Virus record (IMG/VR): IMGVR_UViG_3300032269_000372 | Coordinates: 1-43,511 of that record | Reading direction: 5' to 3' (one strand) | Length of the DNA stretch: 43,511 nt | DNA from: a virus | Lineage: Duplodnaviria; Caudoviricetes | In this document: piece by piece, positions 1 through 9,734 of the stretch | Layout of the letters: each line of letters opens with the position of its first letter | How positions within the stretch are numbered: the first letter of the stretch is position 1 | Made by a program: the position numbers and the translations under genes | The notes under the pieces: model-generated | The model's database searches: none | What the model saw: only the letters and a program-made list of their open reading frames with translations | What the model was told of the DNA's origin: nothing

Positions 1-3000
1 GGCCATTCGCATCTGCAATCTGCTGCCGTGCAGTCTCAATTGCCCGCCGCTTCTTAGACACGTCTTGATTGGGGAACGTCGAAGTCGCATCAACTGCTTC
101 CGGTTCGGGCATCGTCTGTGCGACGATTCCGCGCTGCTCAAGGATGCGCGCATGATCAGCATCAAGCGCATCCATCTTGGCGTCAATGTCGGCGATCTCG
201 GTGACGATGTTCTGCTCGGCTTCCGTCATGGGGAGCCGCTTCTTACGACGCTGCGCCGGCTTCTTGCCCTTCGGCTTTGTCAGCCAGGCATCCTCAAGCA
301 TGGGCTGGCGCTCGGTTTCAAGCGACGCCTTGCGTTTGCGAAGCGCAGACATCTCTCCCTCGACCTTCTGCTGTTCCTCAAACAGAATTGCGTCCCGCTC
401 AGCGCGGACTTCCGCCATGCCAGGGATGCGCGATTCTTCGCGACCAGCCGGCGAGCGAGTTCGACGAATGTTGTCGATCGCACCACGAACACGATTTTCC
501 GCAGCGGAATAGGACGCAGGATCCGTGCGCGCTGCATTTGGCTCAGGGAGTTCTGCAAGTTGCGTCCCGGCGGCAGAACCCAGTTCAACCGCAAGGGATG
601 AGTCGGAATCAATGATGTTTGCAATGTCTTGCTTGAGTGCGTCATCCGCTTCTTCAAGCAGGATTCCAATGGCATCGGACCGACCAACAACGTAATTGGG
701 ATCTTCAGTTGCTGCACGATCCGTCTCCTCAAGGATCGCGGCGGCCTCCATTACGGTTGCGTCTTGGTCACCGACGATTTCAGCAGCCCTTCTCCTTGCA
801 AGTTCAATCAGACCGCCAAAACTTTCTGTGTAATCGTATTCGCCCTCGCTGATGCTTCTGAGGAGTTCTTCACGATCCTTCTTGACATCAAACTCGCTGT
901 CGATGCCCGGAAGTTCCAGCGCAGTCAGCAAGTCAATCTTGTTTTCGAGCGTTGCTCCTTCGGCATACGCACGCTCAAGCGCATCAAAGTACATCTCTCG
1001 ATACTTGCGGCGGTTGAGGACATCCAATGAGTCCCGGAGGTCCTTCTTGAACTGCTCTCTGAGACGCTGTTCCTTTTGCTTGGCTTCGCGTGCAGCGACA
1101 TCTCCACGGGCAACCTGCGCAGTCTCAGTAGCAGACGCGGCAGCGCCAGGCTCGCGAGCCTTGACTGCCTCGACAAACTCCTTGTTCTCCATGCGCCGGA
1201 CGCGCTCTGCAAGCGTGGCATCATCGGACAGCGGCTGAGCGGCCTCCCGCTCGGCCTGCTGCATTAGACTGGAGATCACTCGCGCCTTGCGCGGGCTGAC
1301 GCCGGCGGCAACTCGCGCCACCTCTTCGGGACGAAGCCCGTTGAGTTGAGCAACGATCTCTGCCACGGCGTTGCGTCGCTGATTGTCAATTCCCTCCTGG
1401 AGTCGGCGCGGGCTATCCTTCTGCGCGGCAATTTGCTGCTTGACCTGTTCCTTGAAGTCAGCACGAAATTCCACGCTGTTATCGGAAAACGCGCGGCCAG
1501 CCATCTGCTCCATCATTTTGCGCGAAATGGGCTGTTCCATTCTTGCAAGACGAGCAGCAAGCGCCGGATTCTGCCGGACGAAATCCTTGACGGATTCTTC
1601 CTTCACACCCGTGGCGTCATACACATTCGTCGTGTTCAGCGCCATTGAATCTGCCGGGTCGCCTTCGACCTCAGTGACAAATTCCTTGGTTTCAGTTGCG
1701 GTCGCAGGATTGACCATTCCGGCCTGGGCGCCAAGAGAAGTACGAGCGCCCTCGGCATTTGTGCCACTTAGCAGTTGGCGGCGCGTCAACTCATCCGCAG
1801 CCATCGCCGGCGTGACCACAAACGACGTGCGGCCAAACTTTCCAACGCCAGCGGAAGTTCCACGGAGCATGGCGGTGGTGCTTCCGTCATTGCCACGCAT
1901 GATGATTTCTTGCAGCGTGTTCGTTTCGATGCCGTCCATGTCAAGAGCGGCGCCAAGCGTTCGCATCTGCTTGTTGTCGGCGGTGTTGTCAAGCGCCAAC
2001 TTCTTATGGGCATCAGCCACCCATTCCATCGCCTTCTCTGTTTCTTTCAGAGACAGATCTTCTCGCTTAAGAAGACGAGCAATCGGAGAGTCGGGAGGCA
2101 AGCGCCCAACAATCTGGTCAATTGCTCCAGTCACAGCAGCCGCGCCATTGCGCGTGGAGATTCCAGTGATGACGCCGGCAGGAACGCCGACAAACGCGCC
2201 AACAAGACCCGCATAGACGGCGTTTTTGAAAACATCCTTGACCCAATTCGGGTTCTGCTTGTAGAAATCGCGGAAAGCAGGATCATCAAGTCGATACATG
2301 TTGACGGCAAGATCCGTCACTGCCTGGTCTGCAAATTCCTGGATGCCTTCGGCAAACAGGCCGCGACTGCCGCCGCGCAACAATGTCTGCGCAGTTGTCA
2401 TTCCAGCAGCACGCCGAAGCGCGCTTTGACTCATTTCATCCAATTCGACGCCAACGCCAAACGGCTTCAGTACCTTTCCAACCGCCGCTTCGGTGACAAA
2501 CGTCGAGGCAAATGCCGTAGCAGCGTCACGGTTTGCGTTAGCCGCCGCTGCGCTAGCCGACATTCCGGCATCCATGTTCGTCAGCATCGACTCCTGCCAT
2601 TGAGACGATGCAGCCTGGCCCGCGCCGGTAGCCGCAAATACAAGCAACTCCCCAGCCGCAGAGCCGCCGCCGGTTAGCGCCGCAGCAGCAAACTGCCCAC
2701 CCAATTGCGGGATGACCTCAACGGCATCGAGAATGAAATTCTCAACCGCAGTGTTGTCGTTTGCGCCTGCGCCGATAGTACGCATGTACCGCGCCATATT
2801 CGCCGCGTCTTGCAGACGATCGGATCCATATTTGCCATCGGTCAGGTACGAAAGCGTTCCCGCCGGCATGTCGATGAGGAGAGACTGGGGAAGAAGCAAA
2901 AAATTCCCCACGCCCCTACTAAACCGCTGCCCAAGTTGCTTGGCGAAACCAACGCCAGTACCGCCATATACCTCGTTGTTGAAATACTCGTCGAGTTCAG

Positions 3001-3652
3001 GAGAGGGCTGTCCGGTGCGAGACATGCGCGCGAAGTTGCGCCGCTCCAGAACGCGCTCGGCCTCTGGATCATTTCTATACCCAAGAAGCGGCATGCCCAG
3101 GATGTCGCTTCGCAGGACTCCTTGCATTCGTTCCTGATTGTCAATTCCCTGCACCAACTGTGTCATCGACCGGCGTGGCGACATTGCCTCCAACTCTTGC
3201 TGAGTTGGGCGACCACGCGCAATGGCGTCTCTGTTGGCCTGCTCTTCTTCGCGCGCAACGTCCTGCTTCGTTGCCTGGTCCCAAAGCATGTCCACGTTGG
3301 AACCAAGTGTGGTATCAAGCCGCTGATCAATGAACTGATCGGGCGTCCCATTAGGGTCCATGAACCCATTGCGAGACGGGGCAAAATCATCCGGCTGCTG
3401 CTGCATACCAGCCTGCATCTGATCAAACTGGTCAGATGGCATCAGCCCTTGGATGTTGCGCACGGCGGCAGGGAACATCGACACCGGAGGCTGCTGATCC
3501 TGTTGAGGAGCAGGCTCGGCATTCGGGTCCATGCCATAGGACCCGGCATTCATCATTGCCGTCTCTTCCGGGGCCAGCGAAAATTCGCTGAACGGAATGT
3601 CCTGTGGGGTGGCGAACTGGTCTTCCGGTAGGAACGATCCGAATTGGGTCAT
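1..3652 (-). CDS. N-terminal part (~1217 codons, runs off the window edge) of a giant virion-associated/polyvalent protein
   Basis: Hand translation from ATG 3652 (MTQFGSFLPEDQFATPQDIP...RRAIETARQQIADANG) showed no stop down to base 1. Gly/Ala-rich hydrophobic stretches (AAAALTGGGSAAG, AGLVGAFVGVPAGVITG) resemble ejection proteins. Absent from the ORF track, presumably because it lacks a stop in the window. Confidence 0.85.
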   Translation of the reverse strand, partial: MTQFGSFLPEDQFATPQDIPFSEFSLAPEETAMMNAGSYGMDPNAEPAPQQDQQPPVSMFPAAVRNIQGLMPSDQFDQMQAGMQQQPDDFAPSRNGFMDPNGTPDQFIDQRLDTTLGSNVDMLWDQATKQDVAREEEQANRDAIARGRPTQQELEAMSPRRSMTQLVQGIDNQERMQGVLRSDILGMPLLGYRNDPEAERVLERRNFARMSRTGQPSPELDEYFNNEVYGGTGVGFAKQLGQRFSRGVGNFLLLPQSLLIDMPAGTLSYLTDGKYGSDRLQDAANMARYMRTIGAGANDNTAVENFILDAVEVIPQLGGQFAAAALTGGGSAAGELLVFAATGAGQAASSQWQESMLTNMDAGMSASAAAANANRDAATAFASTFVTEAAVGKVLKPFGVGVELDEMSQSALRRAAGMTTAQTLLRGGSRGLFAEGIQEFADQAVTDLAVNMYRLDDPAFRDFYKQNPNWVKDVFKNAVYAGLVGAFVGVPAGVITGISTRNGAAAVTGAIDQIVGRLPPDSPIARLLKREDLSLKETEKAMEWVADAHKKLALDNTADNKQMRTLGAALDMDGIETNTLQEIIMRGNDGSTTAMLRGTSAGVGKFGRTSFVVTPAMAADELTRRQLLSGTNAEGARTSLGAQAGMVNPATATETKEFVTEVEGDPADSMALNTTNVYDATGVKEESVKDFVRQNPALAARLARMEQPISRKMMEQMAGRAFSDNSVEFRADFKEQVKQQIAAQKDSPRRLQEGIDNQRRNAVAEIVAQLNGLRPEEVARVAAGVSPRKARVISSLMQQAEREAAQPLSDDATLAERVRRMENKEFVEAVKAREPGAAASATETAQVARGDVAAREAKQKEQRLREQFKKDLRDSLDVLNRRKYREMYFDALERAYAEGATLENKIDLLTALELPGIDSEFDVKKDREELLRSISEGEYDYTESFGGLIELARRRAAEIVGDQDATVMEAAAILEETDRAATEDPNYVVGRSDAIGILLEEADDALKQDIANIIDSDSSLAVELGSAAGTQLAELPEPNAARTDPASYSAAENRVRGAIDNIRRTRSPAGREESRIPGMAEVRAERDAILFEEQQKVEGEMSALRKRKASLETERQPMLEDAWLTKPKGKKPAQRRKKRLPMTEAEQNIVTEIADIDAKMDALDADHARILEQRGIVAQTMPEPEAVDATSTFPNQDVSKKRRAIETARQQIADANG

Positions 3653-3660
3653 GGATCTTC

Positions 3661-6318
3661 TCAGTCTGCGGTGAGCGTGTACCCACCAAGTCTTGGATTA
3701 TTCAACATGCGATCAAGAACGTGCTTGCGCGCCGATACCGGAAGATACCCGAAAACGTCGTCGATATACGAAATAGCCGCTTTGACTCCAGGGTTATTAC
3801 CGATCTGGCCGTTCGTCAACGAAAGGGTCTTGTTCGGGTTTTCAATCATGGCCTTGAGCCGCGGATCATTTCTATCCAACTTAAACGGGACCATTCGGCC
3901 GCCAATGTCAATTGCAAACGGCTTTCCACTTGTAAGCAACGTCAGTGCTTCGTTTGCAACTTCCTGCGGAGGACGATTCCCAGATTCGACCGTCGGAAGA
4001 ACCGCCTGCATGTTTCCTTCGCGAATGCGAACGCCAGGGTACGACCGGTTTCCAACCTGAACCGTCGGCTTGCCGCCCCGCAACGAAACCGTGTATGAGG
4101 ATCGAGCCTCGTTGAGCATGCGCTCGTTACGAACCTTGAATTCGGTTGTGCCACGCTTTGAGAAATAGTCTGCGCGCGCCTTTGCCATTTCCTCTGCTGC
4201 GGCATTTTCTCCGTATTTCGGCGCCGGGGGAGCATCAACAGCAATGATCTCGTTTCCGCGTCGTCGGATCCATTCTGGAGGCGTCTTACCGCCTGCTCCA
4301 TATCTTTCTTCAGCCACTGCAATCATCTGCTTCTGAACAGCATCAGCCCACTGACCCTTTGGATCAACTTCTGAAGAGCGCGAATCTTTACCAGTTCGTT
4401 CGCCACCACCAACCGCCTCAAACGAAGGCTGCCCGCCCCTGCCAAGTACAACGCCAAGTTGTTTTGCCGCTTTGTTCTTGGCCTCCTGCATCATGTTGTC
4501 GTATTCAGACTTCTGGGTCTGGTACTCGGCCACGGCCTTGGTTCGTGGTTCGCCAAGTTTGGTTGCCTCTTCGCGAATGGCAAAGTCCTGAGCCTCGGGA
4601 GTTTCGGCCGAAGCGCCCTTAAGACCAGGAACATCGCCTTCCTTCCGCTTTGGCTCTCGCATTTCTCCGCGCCGAACTGCGCCTTCAAGGATGTACAGCG
4701 AACCGGGAGGAAGCATGTCAAGTTCAGCCTGATTGCGGGGAACAGCAACGGCGCGACCGTTGAAATTTGCACCCCGAATCATCGTTGGCCTAGCCGGGTC
4801 GTCGGGATTCGGGACCATGGTGACTAGCGCGCCATTGGGAGCCTGCTGAAAGTCAATTGGAGAACCAGGCTCAATAGCGATGTTCTGGTTCGACAAGTCC
4901 GGCGCGCCGGACTGCGCTGGCGCCGGCTGTGCCGATGTCGCGGCCTGAGACCCAGGCGACATGGCTCCAGTCTGGGCAGCCTGCTGCATATACAGTTGCT
5001 GCGCCCGGTTGCGAATGTCGTCCTCAGACACTGGACTGAATGGATCAGTTTCAAGTTCCTGCTTTGCACGCTTGTATGCATCCTGATACATGCGGGCATT
5101 CTGCTGCTGACGCTGCTTGGCAAGGCGCTCTTGGATAGCAATGGATTGGCGATTCTCGCGTTCCTTGTCCGCCTCTTGCTGTGCCTGTTGGCGACCACGA
5201 GACGAAACCAGTTGTCTCGGATCACGCATAGCAGACCATAGCAAGCCATCCTGCTGCTTCTTCAACTGATCCTTTGCAGCCTGCTTCTGTCGCGGAGACA
5301 GTCTGGGGTCAACGTCCACGCGCTGCATGTTCATGTCGATGCGCTGGAATTCCTGAGCGACAGGATCGTTTCCATCAGCAAGAACTTCAAGAGTCTGAGC
5401 GCGAACCTTCGGGTCGAGGTTCCGCGCAAAATCTTCTGCTGATGACTCAGATGAAATAGGCAGCGTGTATCCAGTCACCGGATCCTGGACAAACGGCATA
5501 CTGGTCCCGTCTGCACCACGAAGCATTGGTCCATTGGGCGTGGTCACAATATTGGCGTTGCCAACTGCGCCACCTGATGTCGGAATGACGTTGCCATTGC
5601 GATCAACAGACATGGAGAATCCGACATCACCAGACATATCCCTAATAGGCTGTCCGTTGTTGTCAACGATGTTCGGCATCATCGGATTCGATGATGGGAT
5701 TGTTGGAGAAGGAAACGAAGTTTCCATTTTTTCCGCAGTACCAGGTCCAAAGTCTGCGTTTACACGAGCGTTCGCAGCAGCCATCTGTCGCGCTTCCGAC
5801 GGATCCATTCCAGATGCAATCGCTGTTTTAAAAGCGCGCTGATACGCGGCCTGGCCGTTATTTCCCTGCTGGCGACGAGCCTGCTCATAGTCAATTCGCT
5901 GCTGTTCATTCCGAAGTTCTGCCTGCGTCTTCGGTGCCGGTGCAGGCATCGGAGTTCCACCAGGAGCCTGAGTCGGACGCAACTGCGCAGGAATTGCATT
6001 CAGTGCTTCGCGCTCAGCAATGGTTCTTGCCTTTCCCTGCTCGACAAGATTGCCAACAACATCCGCGCCGGTGGAAGTTGCGCTCTTATTAGGAACAGCA
6101 GGAACAGCCGGCAACGCAGGCTTAGTAACCGTAGTCGATGGCGCTGCCGGCTGCGCCGGCGCAGAACTCGGCATTGCGCCAGTAAGCGGCTGCATGCCTG
6201 TTACCGAATCAGTCTGCGGGAGATTGACCTTGTTGCCGTATGCATCAACCGACGGCAATCCGCGCAGATCGAGCGGCGGAAGCGGTTCTTCGGTATCTGC
6301 CATGGTTCTAATTGCCAT
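3661..6318 (-). CDS. Putative internal virion (ejection) protein, ~885 aa, Gln/Pro/Ala-rich
   Basis: Long ORF; AAGGA RBS before ATG 6318; lies between tail genes and the giant protein as in podovirus core-protein clusters (positional inference). Confidence 0.65.
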   Translation of the reverse strand: MAIRTMADTEEPLPPLDLRGLPSVDAYGNKVNLPQTDSVTGMQPLTGAMPSSAPAQPAAPSTTVTKPALPAVPAVPNKSATSTGADVVGNLVEQGKARTIAEREALNAIPAQLRPTQAPGGTPMPAPAPKTQAELRNEQQRIDYEQARRQQGNNGQAAYQRAFKTAIASGMDPSEARQMAAANARVNADFGPGTAEKMETSFPSPTIPSSNPMMPNIVDNNGQPIRDMSGDVGFSMSVDRNGNVIPTSGGAVGNANIVTTPNGPMLRGADGTSMPFVQDPVTGYTLPISSESSAEDFARNLDPKVRAQTLEVLADGNDPVAQEFQRIDMNMQRVDVDPRLSPRQKQAAKDQLKKQQDGLLWSAMRDPRQLVSSRGRQQAQQEADKERENRQSIAIQERLAKQRQQQNARMYQDAYKRAKQELETDPFSPVSEDDIRNRAQQLYMQQAAQTGAMSPGSQAATSAQPAPAQSGAPDLSNQNIAIEPGSPIDFQQAPNGALVTMVPNPDDPARPTMIRGANFNGRAVAVPRNQAELDMLPPGSLYILEGAVRRGEMREPKRKEGDVPGLKGASAETPEAQDFAIREEATKLGEPRTKAVAEYQTQKSEYDNMMQEAKNKAAKQLGVVLGRGGQPSFEAVGGGERTGKDSRSSEVDPKGQWADAVQKQMIAVAEERYGAGGKTPPEWIRRRGNEIIAVDAPPAPKYGENAAAEEMAKARADYFSKRGTTEFKVRNERMLNEARSSYTVSLRGGKPTVQVGNRSYPGVRIREGNMQAVLPTVESGNRPPQEVANEALTLLTSGKPFAIDIGGRMVPFKLDRNDPRLKAMIENPNKTLSLTNGQIGNNPGVKAAISYIDDVFGYLPVSARKHVLDRMLNNPRLGGYTLTAD
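4897..4912. repeat. 16-bp palindrome GTCCGGCGCGCCGGAC, copy 1 (inside CDS, read as SGAPD)
   Basis: Exact match; extends to 18 bp with A/T flanks. Confidence 0.97.
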
Positions 6319-6601
6319 TGGTTTCCTTGTTCTCAAACGGAACGAGTTTGTTCAGTGCTTCTTGACGCTCTTTGCAACCGGCGCATGGGCTAATTCCGAT
6401 TGCCGAAGTTGCTGCGGCAATTACATCTCCAAGTCCACGCAGGCGGGCAGAATGTTTTTCTCTTGCAACATTGCAGTCAACAAGTACTGGCTCTCCATTT
6501 TTCACGCAAAAGCATCTGTTCCTAGTCTCGCCATTCCATGCATAATGAACCCGCAATACAGGAACACAGTTCATGTCATGATTGTCAGCACTGGTTCCCA
6601 T
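6308..6601 (-). CDS. Small Cys-containing phage protein (GLGDVIA...PCAGCKERQEALN motif)
   Basis: 97-aa ORF coupled to its neighbours; CxxC motif of a type I recall from aquatic phage tail regions. Confidence 0.7.
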   Translation of the reverse strand: MGTSADNHDMNCVPVLRVHYAWNGETRNRCFCVKNGEPVLVDCNVAREKHSARLRGLGDVIAAATSAIGISPCAGCKERQEALNKLVPFENKETNGN

Positions 6602-6604
6602 TGT

Positions 6605-7444
6605 TCATGACACTCGTGTAAGCGTGATTGTCGGTGGTGGTCGCCATGTAGTTGGAACCGTAACGGGAATTCCATATCCAGAAGAACAGGCAGTTCCTCC
6701 AGATAGGCAATTTGTCCATCCACCTGTTGATTTGACAGTTGGTTGCGGCGCTGGGTAGTCACATCGCAACAGGGAATATGTTCCCTCTGCGAAATACTGT
6801 CCAGTTGCTACCTGTCTCACATAATAACAGACCCACTCTTGAGTGTAGATACTCCTAGTGTCTGTATATGAAACACAATCTTCCGGATCTGGACCAATCG
6901 TGTCCCAGTGTGGGAATGAAAATGTGTCGTCGTACCAAAATCGAACAACAATGACTGTTGCGCAATCAGTTGATGTTGCACCCTCATATAAGCATGTGCT
7001 GAAATTCCAACGCAACCCTGTCATGACAGCATCAATAAAAAGATGTCCCTCTTGATCATTGAAAATGTCGGGGCAACCGGCTCCATCACATGCAGGAAAC
7101 ACATTGCCACAAAAACTCCACCGAATCGTGTGATCTCCACCAGCAGTTGGTGCAGCAGTATCAACAATGCTGTCACATATTTGAGATGCGCACTGAGTTC
7201 CCATGAAGTCTGTTACATCAACAGCCTTCCTTCTATATGTCTGCCTATTGCAAGATCCAGTTAGCGCACATGGCGGGTATGGAAAATCAAGTCCAAATAC
7301 AAGTCCATCTCCATCAGAATCTCCGAAGATTGTTGCGACTACATTTACCGACCATTCTCTAGTTGTCGCCGGAGAAATTGGACTCGGGCATGGCTGGCAT
7401 CCGGGAGAAGTGCAACAGCAAATTCCGGGAATGATGGATGTCAT
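6605..7444 (-). CDS. Cys-rich protein (279 aa, 19 Cys, N-terminal CCC), possible tail tip/receptor-binding component
   Basis: TAATG overlap with the upstream gene; visibly more AT-rich than the genome average. Confidence 0.7.
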   Translation of the reverse strand: MTSIIPGICCCTSPGCQPCPSPISPATTREWSVNVVATIFGDSDGDGLVFGLDFPYPPCALTGSCNRQTYRRKAVDVTDFMGTQCASQICDSIVDTAAPTAGGDHTIRWSFCGNVFPACDGAGCPDIFNDQEGHLFIDAVMTGLRWNFSTCLYEGATSTDCATVIVVRFWYDDTFSFPHWDTIGPDPEDCVSYTDTRSIYTQEWVCYYVRQVATGQYFAEGTYSLLRCDYPAPQPTVKSTGGWTNCLSGGTACSSGYGIPVTVPTTWRPPPTITLTRVS

Positions 7445-7974
7445 TAGCAAGTTCCGTCAATTGGATTTGGCGCCCAGAACTGAAATCGCACCGCGTTAGT
7501 CGTTGCAATTTTGACGGTGTACATCTGGACAATGGTGTCGTTCGGCACCGGCTTGAACACCATATTGGTAAATGGTGATGTAGTCAGTTTCCATTGACTG
7601 CTGCTGAAACCAACAGCAAATCCATAAGCAACCGACGCGGTATTACCTCCTTCAAGACAGTTGACCGCACTGCTTGTTCCGCTTCGACCACCACTCAGAA
7701 CTGTGAAATTGCTTGCATCGAACGGAAGGCTTCCTGGAATTACTTCGGACCACGAATATCTCCATCTCGCAGCAGTAGACGTAGTTGTTGATGCGGTGAT
7801 TTTGGCGTGGAACCAACCCTCGTCAAACTTCTGCGTCTGACGAGATGCAACATTTGCAATGGTCTGATCCCATGCCTGCAACTGTCCAACCACATTTGCC
7901 ATGCCGGCAAGTGCATCACGGAACTCTTGCGAGAACGGGTTGTACTTTCGGTTGAATTGGCTTGGGCTAAACAT
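7444..7974 (-). CDS. Putative tail/baseplate protein (176 aa)
   Basis: TGATG coupling at 7972-7976; beta-rich Ser/Thr/aromatic sequence (WFHAKIT...WRYSWSEV). Confidence 0.6.
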   Translation of the reverse strand: MFSPSQFNRKYNPFSQEFRDALAGMANVVGQLQAWDQTIANVASRQTQKFDEGWFHAKITASTTTSTAARWRYSWSEVIPGSLPFDASNFTVLSGGRSGTSSAVNCLEGGNTASVAYGFAVGFSSSQWKLTTSPFTNMVFKPVPNDTIVQMYTVKIATTNAVRFQFWAPNPIDGTC

Positions 7975-8723
7975 CAGAATGAAGTCGATGCATACATGGT
8001 CGAAATGATGTTGACGATCCATGATCCAGACGAGTCAGTCAACTGTTGCTGCGCCCAACTGGGACACGCAGAGAACATCAGTGAACCCTGGTAGGTAAAC
8101 GCTGTGTTGGTTCTGGCAACGATCTCCGCGCCATCAAACCGAAGTTGGCCGGCAGAGAACGACAGACCGCCAACGGTGTATGAATTACTGTTGACCTTAC
8201 CGGCTTTGGCTGCCCAAGTTAACATCGGATTCGTTGACTGCTGAATAGGCTGACCAACGCGCAGAACCGGGCGCGGCCACGGATATGACGCAGGGCGCAT
8301 CCCAAGGCGAGTGGCGCCCGCTGCGTCAAACCAATCAGTGCCAGTTGCCGGTGGAATACCGGTCGCTGGATCTGCGGGTCCAACCTTAAATACCGGAACA
8401 GATTCGTAAGCAAGCCTGTACTCGGCCAGAGTGGTGAAGCCACTTCCACCCCACCCACCGCTTCCGCCCCACGCATACTGCATTTCAACGATGTACTTCC
8501 CTGGGCCAACTTGCTTTGCCACTGCATTTTGAAGCGGCATCTGGAATGTGGACGAATAGTAACCATTGCCAACTGCGGTCACACACGCGCGAATCGCAGC
8601 CTCAATAGTTGTAACACTTGCATCCTCGAAGAAATGACGACGAACTGCACGCTCCGGCTGCGCAGAGTCATATCCAAGAGACGCGGTTGACCCATAGATG
8701 TTTTGGGTTATTACTGCCGTCAT
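7974..8723 (-). CDS. Putative tail structural protein (249 aa)
   Basis: Clean ORF in the structural operon; beta-rich composition. Confidence 0.6.
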   Translation of the reverse strand: MTAVITQNIYGSTASLGYDSAQPERAVRRHFFEDASVTTIEAAIRACVTAVGNGYYSSTFQMPLQNAVAKQVGPGKYIVEMQYAWGGSGGWGGSGFTTLAEYRLAYESVPVFKVGPADPATGIPPATGTDWFDAAGATRLGMRPASYPWPRPVLRVGQPIQQSTNPMLTWAAKAGKVNSNSYTVGGLSFSAGQLRFDGAEIVARTNTAFTYQGSLMFSACPSWAQQQLTDSSGSWIVNIISTMYASTSF

Positions 8724-8726
8724 TTG

Positions 8727-8987
8727 TTATTTGGTCAAATTTTCAAGGAGTCCACGAATGGCTATTGCTTCATCGTGGATCAGCGAAAGCATGTTGATCA
8801 ACTCCCTTGACATCGCACCGTCAGACGCCTGCGGAGCAGCCATTGACTGTTGATTAGTCGTTGCTGTCGCCGTAGTAGTTGTCTGCGCAAACTCATCGAC
8901 AGCAGTAGACGCCTTTGTCACACGAGCGACAAACTCATCCAGATTGGGAATCTCTGGCATTTCGCTTGGTGACGGGAAGGAACTCAT
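8727..8987 (-). CDS. Hypothetical protein (86 aa, helical)
   Basis: TAATG-coupled to the upstream gene. Confidence 0.65.
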   Translation of the reverse strand: MSSFPSPSEMPEIPNLDEFVARVTKASTAVDEFAQTTTTATATTNQQSMAAPQASDGAMSRELINMLSLIHDEAIAIRGLLENLTK

Positions 8988-9415
8988 TACGTTGCCGCTC
9001 CACCAAGACGGAAGGAGATTGCAACTCCGATGTACGCCTGCGTCTTATTGGAGTTGAACTCGATGTGTTCAATCACACCATACAGAGTCTTGGAACTAGT
9101 GGCGTTGCCGTAGTTAAGCACAATGGTACTTCCAGTTGTCGTCTCCTCGCTAACGCAAGCAGCGATCAACATGACGCTATCAGCAGTCATGTACCCAGTG
9201 ACTTGGAGACTTCCCTTTACAAGATTGGTCTTTGACCACCTGCGACTTGTATCAACACCAGAGGTTGTATCCACCAAATCTGCATCGACCGACAACTTGA
9301 CGCCGATGACATTGACGTAGAAAGTTATCAGTTGGGATGTATTTCCCGAAACGTTACTTCCATTGTATGTCACCGTCAGATTATTTACTGACGGTTTCGC
9401 CAGTGCTTCTGCCAT
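8987..9415 (-). CDS. Putative tail-tube-like protein (142 aa)
   Basis: AGGAGG RBS; size and alternating beta pattern (KLSVDADLVDTTS...KGSLQVTGY) resemble tail tube proteins. Confidence 0.5.
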   Translation of the reverse strand: MAEALAKPSVNNLTVTYNGSNVSGNTSQLITFYVNVIGVKLSVDADLVDTTSGVDTSRRWSKTNLVKGSLQVTGYMTADSVMLIAACVSEETTTGSTIVLNYGNATSSKTLYGVIEHIEFNSNKTQAYIGVAISFRLGGAAT

Positions 9416-9427
9416 GGCTTCCTCCTA

Positions 9428-9443
9428 GTCCGGCGCGCCGGAC
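9428..9443. repeat. 16-bp palindrome copy 2 (intergenic; extends to 20 bp TAGTCCGGCGCGCCGGACTA)
   Basis: Exact match; fills most of the 31-bp gap and abuts the AGGAGG RBS of the 8987..9415 gene. Confidence 0.97.
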
Positions 9444-9446
9444 TAA

Positions 9447-9713
9447 TTACGAAACGGTCAGAGCAGTCCAAGTCGCCGTGGTCGTCGTGCCAAGGTTGAT
9501 GTACACCGTGGTCGTCGTCTTGTTGGTCGTTGCGCTGGTGTTGATCAGGAATGCACCAGTAGCGTATCCCTGATAATCAACACCAGACTGAGCAGCAGGA
9601 ATTGCACCACTGCTGTTTGTGATGTTTCCAAAGGCACCAACCTGAATGACCTTGCCGCCAGTCTGAAGAACGCCGTCCTTGTTGATCGACTCGAAGTAAT
9701 TGTGTCCAGGCAT
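9447..9713 (-). CDS. Small structural protein (88 aa)
   Basis: GGAG RBS; Thr-rich C-terminus (VYINLGTTTTATWTAL) like decoration/fibre fragments. Confidence 0.7.
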   Translation of the reverse strand: MPGHNYFESINKDGVLQTGGKVIQVGAFGNITNSSGAIPAAQSGVDYQGYATGAFLINTSATTNKTTTTVYINLGTTTTATWTALTVS

Positions 9714-9734
9714 TGTGATCTCCGTTGTAAGTGA

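Noticed and set aside
65-3631. Plus-strand ORFs of 100-308 aa in the ORF track
   Set aside because: Antisense shadows of the uninterrupted minus-strand giant ORF; no RBS or motifs.
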